Shown one piece after another: positions 23,715 through 32,000 of a stretch of 32,000 bases of DNA; position 1 is the stretch's first letter; every line of letters begins with the position of its first letter. This stretch comes from Candidatus Saccharimonadota bacterium (GTDB taxonomy: Bacteria; Patescibacteriota; Gracilibacteria; UBA1369; 2-02-FULL-48-14): NCBI GenBank assembly GCA_965230905.1, contig OZ246396.1, positions 1,140,001 through 1,172,000 on the forward strand, in the 5' to 3' direction. The position numbers were made by a program, and so were the translations under genes. Under the pieces are notes generated by a model. The model was not told the origin of the DNA. It was given only the letters and a program-made list of their open reading frames with translations, and made no database searches.

Positions 23715-24413
23715 ATGTTTTCAAAGAACAATAACGCTCAAACCCTTTGGGTTGGTCTCAGTTTTCTTGCGGTCGGCCTTATGCTCGGACTTTTGGTATC
23801 TGGTGGCGGCAGCTCTCTAGGCCTTAATAACAACGCAGTTCCTGATGAAGAAACGGTGGCTCCCGAAGTGGATCCTGATACTTTGGAAGTGGTGGATGTG
23901 AGCATCGACGACGATGCGGTTTTGGGTGATGTGAATGCGCCGGTGACCATTGTGGAATTCAGCGATTTCCAATGTCCTTACTGCCGTACTTTTTATGACG
24001 AAACCTTGCCGCTCCTTATTAAGAACTATGTAGAAACGGGAAAAGTTAAGATTATTTACCGGGATTTCCCTTTGAGTGGGCACGCTCAGGCCAACATTGC
24101 CGCGCAAGCAGCTGAATGTGTGGGCGATGAGCAATATTACGCTTTCCACGACTGGCTCTTTGAAAACGTTTCTCTATGGTCCGGTAAAACGGATGCGCAG
24201 GAAGTCATGATCACGGCGGCTCAGGATAACTTGGATGTGAACATCCGAAGCTGTTTGGAGAGCGGTGAAATGGCGGACGAAGTGAATGCAGATATGACCG
24301 CAGGACGAGGTTACGGAGTCACCGGAACGCCCTCCTTCTTTATCAACGGAAAAAAACTTGTGGGCGCTTGGCCTTACGAAGTCTTTGAATCTGTGATAGA
24401 GTCCGAACTCTAA
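23715..24413 (+). CDS. DsbA-family thiol:disulfide oxidoreductase (membrane-anchored, thioredoxin fold)
   Basis: It has an N-terminal TM anchor (LWVGLSFLAVGLMLGLLV) and the active site FSDFQCPYCRTF, followed by TGTPSFFINGKKL (cis-Pro region). I prefer the ATG at 23715 over the track start at 23664. Confidence 0.85.
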   Translation: MFSKNNNAQTLWVGLSFLAVGLMLGLLVSGGGSSLGLNNNAVPDEETVAPEVDPDTLEVVDVSIDDDAVLGDVNAPVTIVEFSDFQCPYCRTFYDETLPLLIKNYVETGKVKIIYRDFPLSGHAQANIAAQAAECVGDEQYYAFHDWLFENVSLWSGKTDAQEVMITAAQDNLDVNIRSCLESGEMADEVNADMTAGRGYGVTGTPSFFINGKKLVGAWPYEVFESVIESEL

Positions 24414-24448
24414 TTAGGCACTTCAGTGTCAATAAAAAGGTAATAAAT

Positions 24449-25834
24449 ATGTTTTTCGATGAAGTTCAGCTCGAACTTGAAGGGGGAAAAGGCGGAGATG
24501 GGTTTGTTTTTTTTCACCGTGAAAAGTTTGTGGAATGCGGTGCTCCCGATGGAGGGAACGGTGGAAACGGGGGGAGTTTGATTCTGGAAGCGAGCGACAA
24601 TTTCAATACTTTGCAGCACTTTACCGGTTCAAAACACTTTCAAGCCAAGAAAGGAGAACGTGGATTCCGAAATAATATGGCGGGACACGCCGGCGAGGAT
24701 GTGATTCTGTTCGTGCCCGTGGGAACCTTGATTTATGATCAAGATACTAAGGAGCTTTTGGTTGATCTTAAAAAACACGGTCAGCGCTTTTTGGCGGCTC
24801 GTGGTGGACGGGGAGGGTATGGAAATGCCAACTTCATGTCCAGCGTCCGTCAGGCGCCTAAATTTGCCGAGATTGGAGATGTGGGTGAGCTTCGAAAGGT
24901 TCGTTTTGAACTTCGACTGGTGGCCGATGTGGGGCTGGTGGGATTTCCGTCAGCCGGGAAGTCGACTTTGATTTCACACGTTTCGTCCGCGCGTCCTAAA
25001 ATCGCTGCGTATCCGTTCACGACCATTATCCCCAACTTGGGAGTGGTGTATTTATCGGATTTTGGCGGAAGCAAGGACCAGAGCTTTGTGATTGCCGACA
25101 TGCCGGGAATTATTGAAGGCGCTTCGGAAGGAAAAGGGCTCGGGGATGCGTTTTTGAAGCACATTTCCCGTACCGCGACCTTGATTTATGTGCTCGATCC
25201 ATTCTCTTATGAAGGACGCAGCGTGGTGGATCAGTTCCGAACTTTGCAGGACGAGCTCAAAAAATACGATGCTGAACTGGCTGAAAAAGACTTCTTTGTG
25301 GTGATGAACAAGATCGATTCCATTCCTGATGAGGACCGTGAAAGACTGCAAAAGGAATTCTTGAAGGCCTTTCCTAAAATGAAGAAAAAGTTCCGCTTGG
25401 TTTCCGGAGTGAGCGGGGAGGGTTTGAATAAACTCATGTTTGAACTTTATGAATTGGTGGAGAAGCACCGTCAAAAGGCGCCCGTGGCGTCTACTAATGA
25501 AGAAATGATCGAGTATAAACCTCTGGAATTTGTGGACGACCGATCTTTTGAAGTAGAAAAAATGTACGAAGTGGACCTGGAGGATTTTGATCAGACTATT
25601 GAAGGACTCACGATTGAGCCAGAACTGCTGCCCAAACGTACGCTTTATAAGGTTACCGGGAAGCGAATTGAACAGATTTCCCGCATGACGAACCCTGAGT
25701 ATGAAGGAGCGGTGGAGCGCGTGTATGATGTGCTCAAGAAAATGAAAATCCAAAACGCCCTCATTCGTATTAAGGCCAAAACGGGGGATTTGATCAAAAT
25801 TGGCCCTCATATCTACGAATTTCACGACCTATGA
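24449..25834 (+). CDS. obg: GTPase Obg (CgtA) with a C-terminal OCT-type domain
   Basis: It has a Gly-rich Obg fold (GGKGGDG...GGNGGNGGS...ARGGRGGYGN), a G domain (GFPSAGKSTL, DMPGIIEGA, NKID) and an extra ~100-aa C-terminal domain. Confidence 0.93.
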   Translation: MFFDEVQLELEGGKGGDGFVFFHREKFVECGAPDGGNGGNGGSLILEASDNFNTLQHFTGSKHFQAKKGERGFRNNMAGHAGEDVILFVPVGTLIYDQDTKELLVDLKKHGQRFLAARGGRGGYGNANFMSSVRQAPKFAEIGDVGELRKVRFELRLVADVGLVGFPSAGKSTLISHVSSARPKIAAYPFTTIIPNLGVVYLSDFGGSKDQSFVIADMPGIIEGASEGKGLGDAFLKHISRTATLIYVLDPFSYEGRSVVDQFRTLQDELKKYDAELAEKDFFVVMNKIDSIPDEDRERLQKEFLKAFPKMKKKFRLVSGVSGEGLNKLMFELYELVEKHRQKAPVASTNEEMIEYKPLEFVDDRSFEVEKMYEVDLEDFDQTIEGLTIEPELLPKRTLYKVTGKRIEQISRMTNPEYEGAVERVYDVLKKMKIQNALIRIKAKTGDLIKIGPHIYEFHDL

Positions 25835-26367
25835 AGCTCATCTGCGGACTTGGAAACCCCGGCAAGAAATACAACAACACCCGCCACAATGTGGGCTTTG
25901 TCTTTATGGCGGAATTTGCCAAAAAACACGAATTCCCTCCTTTTGAAGAGCGAGGAAAGTCACTGGTGAGTGAAAAAGGCAATGGCGAGGACAAAATGAT
26001 TTTAATGCTGCCGCTGACTTTCATGAATTTGTCGGGTGAAGCCGTGCGCGAAGTGATGGACTTTTATAAGATTGAACCCAAGGATTTTTACACCGTTTAT
26101 GATGATGTGGATTTGCCTCTGGGCAAGCTGCGTTTTCGCGAAAGCGGTTCGGCGGGCACCCACAACGGAATGAAATCGGTGATTCAGCACCTGGCAACCA
26201 TGGATTTCCCGCGCCTTCGTATCGGTATTGAATCTCGAGGAGAGATTGCCCCGGAACAGATGGACCTGCATACTTTTGTGCTGGCGCCATTTTTACCTGA
26301 AGAGAAGGTGATTTTGAAGGAGGCTATTGCTGAAGGCATGGAAATCTTGGAAAAAGCTCTTGCTTAA
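25831..26367 (+). CDS. pth: peptidyl-tRNA hydrolase
   Basis: MKLICGLGNPGKKYNNTRHNVGF ... GSAGTHNGMKS are present. The start overlaps the obg stop (ATGA). Confidence 0.93.
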   Translation: MKLICGLGNPGKKYNNTRHNVGFVFMAEFAKKHEFPPFEERGKSLVSEKGNGEDKMILMLPLTFMNLSGEAVREVMDFYKIEPKDFYTVYDDVDLPLGKLRFRESGSAGTHNGMKSVIQHLATMDFPRLRIGIESRGEIAPEQMDLHTFVLAPFLPEEKVILKEAIAEGMEILEKALA

Positions 26368-26413
26368 CCGAGGAATATTCCGTAGAGTAACCCCGATTTA
26401 AATTCTCAAACCT

Positions 26414-26845
26414 ATGTTCGCAGTCGTTTATCTTGGTGGAAAGCAATACCGTCTCCGTGAAAAGGACGAAATTGAGGTAGAAAAAGTAGATACTGAAGAA
26501 GGAAAGAACTTCAAAATCAACGAAGTGCTTTTGATGGGTGAAGAAGATGGAAGCGGACTCAAGATTGGAATGCCTTTTGTAGCCGGAGCGCACGTAGAAT
26601 GTCAGGTGGTTGAACAAGGAAAAGGAGAAAAGATGTACATCTCAACCTACCAAGCTAAGAAACGAACGCACCGTCGCCAAGGTCACCGTCAGTTTTTCAG
26701 CACCATCAAGGTGCTTAAGATCTCTGCCGTTGAAAAGAAGGTGAGCGCTGCTAAAGATGAGCCTGAAATGAAGGAGGCTAAGGAAGAAGTGGTGGCTAAA
26801 AAGCCAGCTGCTAAGAAAGCTCCTGCAAAGAAAAAGGCTGAGTAA
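26414..26845 (+). CDS. rplU: 50S ribosomal protein L21 with a Lys/Ala-rich C-terminal extension
   Basis: The core is MFAVVYLGGKQYRLREKDEIEVEKV ... KKRTHRRQGHRQFFSTIKV. The tail is AAKDEPEMKEAKEEVVAKKPAAKKAPAKKKAE. Confidence 0.93.
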   Translation: MFAVVYLGGKQYRLREKDEIEVEKVDTEEGKNFKINEVLLMGEEDGSGLKIGMPFVAGAHVECQVVEQGKGEKMYISTYQAKKRTHRRQGHRQFFSTIKVLKISAVEKKVSAAKDEPEMKEAKEEVVAKKPAAKKAPAKKKAE

Positions 26846-26850
26846 TTATT

Positions 26851-27336
26851 ATGAGACTTTCTGGACTTCCACTTGTTTTAGCTGCTTGTACTACTGAAAC
26901 CGAAGCTCCGGGGTCTATTCTTGTGTCTGATTTTTCAGAAACTTCAACGGATGCCAGGGATGAGCGTTTGGAGGCAGAGCTGAGCAGTGAACTAAAGCTG
27001 AACTTTGGTAAATGTGAGGCTGTTTTTAGTACGGGTCCTTCCTATATTAGAAACTGTCCAAAACTAGAGGAGGGGGACCTCGGTCACAAATTAGTAAGAG
27101 ATAGTGGGTATTTCCAGAAAAATTATCATACGGGGAAGTGGAGTGTTTGTGAGTATGAAGATGGAAAACCTGTAGATGAAGTACATGTAGAAGCTTATTG
27201 TACGGATTTCGTTCACAGTAATGGGAATCCTGCTTGGCATCCTACGTATGCTACTTCTGACCTAAAGCTGGAAGAAGGATTACAAAAAGATCCTCGCTCA
27301 AGAAGGGGCTGCTGTGGAGCCGCTCGAGTCTATTAA
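26851..27336 (+). CDS. putative lipoprotein, unknown function
   Basis: MRLSGLPLVLAAC carries the lipobox LAAC. The mature part has 6 further Cys. The DNA is lower in GC. The start lies 5 nt after the rplU stop. Confidence 0.5.
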   Translation: MRLSGLPLVLAACTTETEAPGSILVSDFSETSTDARDERLEAELSSELKLNFGKCEAVFSTGPSYIRNCPKLEEGDLGHKLVRDSGYFQKNYHTGKWSVCEYEDGKPVDEVHVEAYCTDFVHSNGNPAWHPTYATSDLKLEEGLQKDPRSRRGCCGAARVY

Positions 27337-27364
27337 AAAATTAAGCCAATTTAAACCCTATCAA

Positions 27365-27769
27365 ATGCTTGGAATAAACAATCTAGAGGTTCTTTTGAAG
27401 TCTATGCAACCAGAACTTGTATCGGGTGAGTTTGTGTTTTGTACTAGCGTTGAGCCGATAGTAGTAGATTTTTTACTGTCTTTTAAAGAAAATGAGGGTT
27501 GGACGTATATTTTAACTCGTAAGAAGGCTGATGAATTGAAGCTTAGCTATTCCACCGTTTGGGCGATGATTACCCTCAATGTGCATTCTGACCTGGAAGC
27601 TGTTGGTTTTTTAGCTGCTTTGACCCCTAAGTTGGCTGCCGAGGGTATTAGCGTGAATGTAGTCTCTGCTTTTTATCACGATCATCTATTTGTGCCAGCT
27701 GCTAAAAAAGACCAGGCGCTTGCCATATTAAAAAGTGTTTCTGAATTCACCCCCGGGAGTGAACTTTAA
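27365..27769 (+). CDS. ACT-domain protein (DUF2241/ACT_3 plus ACT_7-like)
   Basis: MLGINNLEVLLKSMQPELVSGEFVFCTS and NVHSDLEAVGFLAALTPKLAAEGISVNVVSAFYHDHLFVP match my memory of this family. The start was moved from the GTG at 27314 to the ATG at 27365, which removes the overlap with the previous ORF. Confidence 0.6.
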   Translation: MLGINNLEVLLKSMQPELVSGEFVFCTSVEPIVVDFLLSFKENEGWTYILTRKKADELKLSYSTVWAMITLNVHSDLEAVGFLAALTPKLAAEGISVNVVSAFYHDHLFVPAAKKDQALAILKSVSEFTPGSEL

Positions 27770-28665
27770 GCCAGTTTCAGTTTTTGTAAATCCTCAGGAA
27801 GCTGTGCTTCGTAGACCTTTCCGTCGATTTCGACGCGGGCGGCGTGGAGGAATTGGCGTTTGAGGCCGTATTTTTCGCGGAATTCGGCGTTGAATTTTTT
27901 GTCTCCGTAAAGTGGGTCGCAAACTACGGGGTGGCCGATGCTCGCCAGGTGAACGCGAATCTGATGGGTCCGGCCGGTTTCGATGTTTACACGTAGCAGA
28001 GTGTAGCCGCGGTAGGTGGAATCTACTTCAAAAGTGGTGATGGCGTTCTTGCCTTGATTGCTCACGGCCATTCGCTGACGGTCCACACTGTGACGGGAAA
28101 TAGGGGCTTCGATACGGCCTTTTTTGCTCTTGGGTAAGCCTTTTACCAGGGCTAAATAGGTCTTTTTAACCTTACGGTCGTGGAAAAGCTTAGAAAATTT
28201 CTGGTGAGTGACGTCGTTTTTGGCAATCAGAAGCACTCCAGAAGTGTCTTTATCGAGACGGTGCACGATTCCGGGACGTCGTTCGCCGCCGATTCCGCTC
28301 AGATTTTTACAGTGGGCGAGGACCGCGTGCACAATGGTGCCGCCGCTGTGACCGGATTCATCAGGGTGAACCACGATTCCGGCGGGTTTGTTGATCACCA
28401 GGAGGTTTTTGTCTTCAAAAATGATATCTAATGGAATGTCTTCTGCGATCAGTTTAGAGTCTTTGAGCTCGGGAGTGCGGTAGAGCAATTCGTCGCCTTC
28501 TTTCACCTTAGTGTTGGCTTTTTCGGACTTATGGTTGAGGTAGACGCATTTTTCTTTAATGTAGCGCTGCACTTGGCTGCGAGAAATCTTGAGAAATTCG
28601 GTTAAAAAGTGGTCTAAGCGAGTTCCTTCATCTTCCTTTTTGAATGTGTAGCTTTGAAATTGCAT
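27766..28665 (-). CDS. rluD: RluA-family 23S rRNA pseudouridine synthase (RluD-like, N-terminal S4 domain)
   Basis: It has an S4 segment (TRLDHFLTEFLKISRSQVQRYIKE), the catalytic motif HRLDKDTSGVLLIAK, and GRTHQIRVHLA. Confidence 0.9.
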   Translation of the reverse strand: MQFQSYTFKKEDEGTRLDHFLTEFLKISRSQVQRYIKEKCVYLNHKSEKANTKVKEGDELLYRTPELKDSKLIAEDIPLDIIFEDKNLLVINKPAGIVVHPDESGHSGGTIVHAVLAHCKNLSGIGGERRPGIVHRLDKDTSGVLLIAKNDVTHQKFSKLFHDRKVKKTYLALVKGLPKSKKGRIEAPISRHSVDRQRMAVSNQGKNAITTFEVDSTYRGYTLLRVNIETGRTHQIRVHLASIGHPVVCDPLYGDKKFNAEFREKYGLKRQFLHAARVEIDGKVYEAQLPEDLQKLKLA

Positions 28666-28716
28666 TTTTGAGGGGGCTTTGTTAATTTGATCTAAGTAAC
28701 TTTACAGGAAAAAACT

Positions 28717-29919
28717 ATGTCCGTGAATACCGATGAAAAAGCGATCGATTTGCTACTTTCTTTGGGGGTTGCCGATGTGATCGTAAAAGAAGATCTGAAA
28801 AAGAAATTAATGAGCGGGAAAAAGCTGCGCGTTAAGCTGGGAATCGACCCGACGGGTTTTGATTTACACCTGGGGCATATGGTGGTGGTGCACAAACTCC
28901 GTGAGTTTCAGGAATTGGGGCATCAAATCATTTTGCTGTTTGGAAATTTCACCGGGCAGATCGGAGACCCCACGGGAAAAAATGAAACTCGCAAACAACG
29001 CAGCCAAGAAGAACTGGAAAAAAATGCTCAGGGTTATATGGATCAAGTTTCCCATGTGCTCGACGTGACTAAAGTAGAAGTGCGTTGGAATGCTGAATGG
29101 CTCGCGCCGCTGAATTTTTCGGATGTGGTTTTGCTGGCGTCTCAATTCACGGTGGCACAAATGCTGGAGCGTGACATGTTCCAAGAACGCATCAAGCACG
29201 ATCAACCGATTTCCGTGCACGAATTCATGTATCCGCTGATGCAAGGCTACGATTCCGTGGCACTGGAGGCGGATGTAGAGCTGGGTGGAACGGATCAAAC
29301 CTTTAACCTGCTCGCTGGACGCACTTTACAAAAAGCCTACGGCCAGGAACCTCAAAATATTCTCACGGTGCCGATTTTAGTGGGAACGGATGGAACCATG
29401 AAGATGGGAAAGACCACCGGGAACTACATTGGTGTTGCCGAGAAGCCTGAAGATATTTTTGGAAAAACCATGTCGATACCCGATGAACAGATTCCAATTT
29501 ATTTGGAACTGGCTGGACGAATGGATCGTGATGAGATTGCTGAATTCAAGACGCGTTTAGCGGGTGGAGAAAATCCACGCAATATTAAGATGGAACTCGG
29601 TCACGCGATTGTGGAGATCTACCACGGCGAAAAGGCAGCGCGGGCTGCGGAGGAACATTTCAAAACGGTTCACCAACGTCGAGAAGTGCCTGATGAAATT
29701 GAAGAAGTGAAGGTGGGTGGAGAAAAATGGAACATTGTGGATTTGATTTCAGAGCTCGGACTCGCTGCCACTAAGAGCGACGCTCGTCGTTTGGTGGAAG
29801 GCGGAGGGGTAAAATGGGAAGGTGTGAAGGTTGAGGATGTGAAGGCTGAGGTGACGTTGACGAAGAACGGGGCTTTATTGCAGGTAGGGAAGAGGCATTT
29901 TAGGAGGGTGAAGAGTTAG
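28717..29919 (+). CDS. tyrS: tyrosine--tRNA ligase
   Basis: It has a HIGH-type motif (DLHLGH), a KMSKS-type motif (KMGKT) and a C-terminal S4-like domain (TKSDARRLVEGGGVKWEGVKV). The protein is 400 aa. Confidence 0.9.
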   Translation: MSVNTDEKAIDLLLSLGVADVIVKEDLKKKLMSGKKLRVKLGIDPTGFDLHLGHMVVVHKLREFQELGHQIILLFGNFTGQIGDPTGKNETRKQRSQEELEKNAQGYMDQVSHVLDVTKVEVRWNAEWLAPLNFSDVVLLASQFTVAQMLERDMFQERIKHDQPISVHEFMYPLMQGYDSVALEADVELGGTDQTFNLLAGRTLQKAYGQEPQNILTVPILVGTDGTMKMGKTTGNYIGVAEKPEDIFGKTMSIPDEQIPIYLELAGRMDRDEIAEFKTRLAGGENPRNIKMELGHAIVEIYHGEKAARAAEEHFKTVHQRREVPDEIEEVKVGGEKWNIVDLISELGLAATKSDARRLVEGGGVKWEGVKVEDVKAEVTLTKNGALLQVGKRHFRRVKS

Positions 29920-30713
29920 TTCAGTTCATCCAATGCTTTTTGTGCAGCTGCATCGCTCTCTTTTTTGTCGTGCTCCAAACTTTTTTTCATTTTGTCGGCC
30001 TTTTTTTGTTGAAGATTGTCTCTCATATGAGCGAGTGACATCAGAAAATTTAGGCCGAAGGCAATATCACGTGTCTGGTAATGCTCTGCTAATCCCTTCT
30101 CACTATCATCTAAAGTCATGTCAAATCCTCCTTTTGGTTCTAAGGACAAATAACTTGGGTCCGAGGTCTCTCCATCCCATCCCCATTCAAAACCAACACC
30201 TAGGAGGGGGGAGTTGCCCTCATTGCGATAGGAGGGGGCAACTTCAATTGATTGACTGGTTTCCATTCCCCAAAATATTCGTGCAATTTCTTTTGGATCC
30301 TCAGTATTGTAAAGTTCAGAAATGAGTTCTCTAACTTCGTGAGTGAGTTCTTTGTGTGCAGTTTCTATCTCAGGTATGAATTCTTTAAGCGTTCGGCCCC
30401 ATTCGGTATGATTCTTAAGGGCTGCATCCCATGTTTCGAGCTGCTGACCTCTACTAGTTGTATCATAATTTATCTGTCTATCGCTAGCTGGTGCTACTTC
30501 AGTTGCAGTAGAGTTTACAGCGGAAGTTTTTATTCTAGACGCCAACCAGTAATGTAGAGTTTTTTTGTCAGTAAAATCGCCAGGATTTTTTAATTTAGCG
30601 TAATTGGGCCATTTTTTAAGATCTACAGAGTCTATCTTTTGTTGCAGAGCATCTTCAGGCTTCAAGGTGGAAGCTTCGATAGACTCTGGCGTTTGATTAG
30701 GCTTTTCTGACAT
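29916..30713 (-). CDS. hypothetical protein (265 aa), orphan, lower-GC
   Basis: This is the only long ORF in the interval. It has no signal peptide, and I recognise no motif. It has a Trp/Gly-rich segment (LLGVGFEWGWDGETSDPSY) and a Lys-rich helical tail. Confidence 0.55.
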   Translation of the reverse strand: MSEKPNQTPESIEASTLKPEDALQQKIDSVDLKKWPNYAKLKNPGDFTDKKTLHYWLASRIKTSAVNSTATEVAPASDRQINYDTTSRGQQLETWDAALKNHTEWGRTLKEFIPEIETAHKELTHEVRELISELYNTEDPKEIARIFWGMETSQSIEVAPSYRNEGNSPLLGVGFEWGWDGETSDPSYLSLEPKGGFDMTLDDSEKGLAEHYQTRDIAFGLNFLMSLAHMRDNLQQKKADKMKKSLEHDKKESDAAAQKALDELN

Positions 30714-30744
30714 ATTTGTTTTGTTTAGAAAAATATGATTTCTA

Positions 30745-30775
30745 ATTATAATAACACAATACCCCCCCCTGTAAA
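30745..30775 (-). promoter_or_regulatory. candidate promoter with a G8 homopolymer in the -35/-10 spacer
   Basis: The minus strand reads TTTACA (30775-30770), then GGGGGGGG (30769-30762), then TATTG, then TGT-TATTAT (extended -10, 30756-30748), which overlaps TATAAT (30750-30745). The orphan gene's ATG at 30713 lies ~31-34 nt downstream of the two candidate -10 boxes. Confidence 0.4.
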
Positions 30776-30987
30776 GTGGCTCGGTGTTGTAAGTGTTTTT
30801 CTAGTTGATTGGCTGTAAATTTCCTAGCGTCCAACCACTTTTTATGAGAAAATTCGAAATCCAAGAACCCATCCAGGATGAACGGCATAATACCTTTTGA
30901 GCACAATGAGAAAGGAAGTCAGTCTGTCACAAATTGTGACCAACTGAAAATGAAATCTGCCGATGTGGCTAATGTAGAAACTCTTTC

Positions 30988-32000
30988 ATGATCGACTATC
31001 GTCTTGATGCCCGGATCTTGAAGACTCGCGAGAATTATATCGCGCTTTTGAAGGAGATGGGGATTAAGACGCTGCGGGATTTGCTTTTGTATTTTCCACG
31101 GGATTACCGAGATGAGCAGGAATTTACACGCATCAATGAGATGCGAACGGATGAGATCAATGTTATACAAGTTAAGATCAAATCGATCTTGAATGTGCCG
31201 ACTAGGGCAGGGAAGGTGATGACGCGGGCGGTGGTTTGTGATGCGACGGGAGAATTGCCGGTGATGTGGTTCAGCCAGCCGCATATTAAACAGATGTTTT
31301 TTAAGGGAAGTGAAATAATTTTGACGGGAAAATTGAAGTTTGAAAAGGGGAGGATGATGATGCTGAGCCCCAAGTACGAAAAACCGGCTAAGGTGCTGCT
31401 GCACACCGGGCGAATTGTGCCCGTTTACCCTGAAAAAGATGAGATAACGAGCAAGTGGCTGCGGGAGAAAATTCATATGATGCTGCCGTACGCGCAGTAT
31501 TTTGAAGATTTTATGCCGGAAAAGATTTTGCAGGAAGAAGGTTTGATGCGACTGCCGGATGCCATTTACCATGTGCACTTTGCCAAAGACGAGGAGCATT
31601 TGACCAAGGCACGTGAACGCTTGGCTTTCGACGAGCTATTTATGCTGCAATTTTTGGCGCTGAAACGAAAGAAATTATGGAAAGTGGCCGCTGCGGGTGA
31701 AGGAAAGAAGCTGGAAAATGTGAATTTGGAGGCTTTTTTGGATTCTTTGCCGTTCAAGCTCACCGGGGCACAGTTTCGGGTGATCGCGGAGATTTTTGAA
31801 GATTTTGCCAAGGGATTCCCGATGATCCGTTTGGTTCAAGGAGATGTGGGGGCGGGTAAAACCGTGGTGGCAGCGGCGGCGATTTATGCGATGAAGCTGG
31901 AGGGATACCAGTCGGCACTCATGGCGCCTACGGAAATTTTGGCACGGCAGCACTTTAAAACACTCGTACGTTTGTTGACACCGTTTGGATTTAACGTGCA
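30988..32000 (+). CDS. recG: ATP-dependent DNA helicase RecG, N-terminal part (runs off the right edge)
   Basis: My own translation from the ATG at 30988, the first ATG after an in-frame TAA at 30970, is open to the window end. It reads MIDYRLDARILK...LRDLLLYFPRDYRDE (wedge-domain N-terminus) ... LPFKLTGAQFRVIAEI...VQGDVGAGKTVVAAAA...MAPTEILARQH (helicase motifs I/Ia). It is absent from the ORF track because it is open-ended. Confidence 0.9.
   Translation, partial: MIDYRLDARILKTRENYIALLKEMGIKTLRDLLLYFPRDYRDEQEFTRINEMRTDEINVIQVKIKSILNVPTRAGKVMTRAVVCDATGELPVMWFSQPHIKQMFFKGSEIILTGKLKFEKGRMMMLSPKYEKPAKVLLHTGRIVPVYPEKDEITSKWLREKIHMMLPYAQYFEDFMPEKILQEEGLMRLPDAIYHVHFAKDEEHLTKARERLAFDELFMLQFLALKRKKLWKVAAAGEGKKLENVNLEAFLDSLPFKLTGAQFRVIAEIFEDFAKGFPMIRLVQGDVGAGKTVVAAAAIYAMKLEGYQSALMAPTEILARQHFKTLVRLLTPFGFNV

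Noticed and set aside
28666-28716. A T-box leader upstream of tyrS.
   Set aside because: The divergent spacer is 51 nt, far too short for a T-box of about 200 nt or more. It holds only an AGGA SD.

Overview
This is a gene-dense bacterial chromosomal segment, roughly 90% coding, with many 1-43 nt gene overlaps and the standard genetic code. I count about 37 protein genes and one tRNA-Leu(CAA). The backbone is housekeeping: murJ, ribBA-ribD, tsf, rpsB, der, uvrC, a yqeY-like gene, obg-pth-rplU, rluD, tyrS, and recG, which runs off the right edge. The style suggests a small-genome, possibly CPR/Patescibacteria-like organism: tiny spacers, a T4SS-pilin-like small secreted protein, glycosyltransferases and several orphan proteins. 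That assignment is inference only.

The accessory or unusual content is as follows. (1) uvrC carries an in-frame insertion of about 140 aa with a canonical GNAT acetyl-CoA motif, nested inside its C-terminal endonuclease domain. (2) A lower-GC islet on the opposite strand holds hicB-hicA and a 543-aa internally duplicated protein with about 35 cysteines, wedged between two glycosyltransferase loci. (3) An RsbW-like kinase and a STAS antagonist are tightly coupled to a GT4 glycosyltransferase, with no sigma factor in view. (4) A 143-bp three-tier imperfect palindrome and a hairpin followed by a T-run sit in the unusually long spacer upstream of der. (5) A G8 tract sits exactly in a -35/-10 promoter spacer of an orphan gene. 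(6) TATAAT-N6/7-ATG recurs, suggesting leaderless genes.

All functional calls rest on motifs recognised by eye in the supplied translations. No database, HMM or folding computation was run, and start codons were re-chosen by hand where noted.
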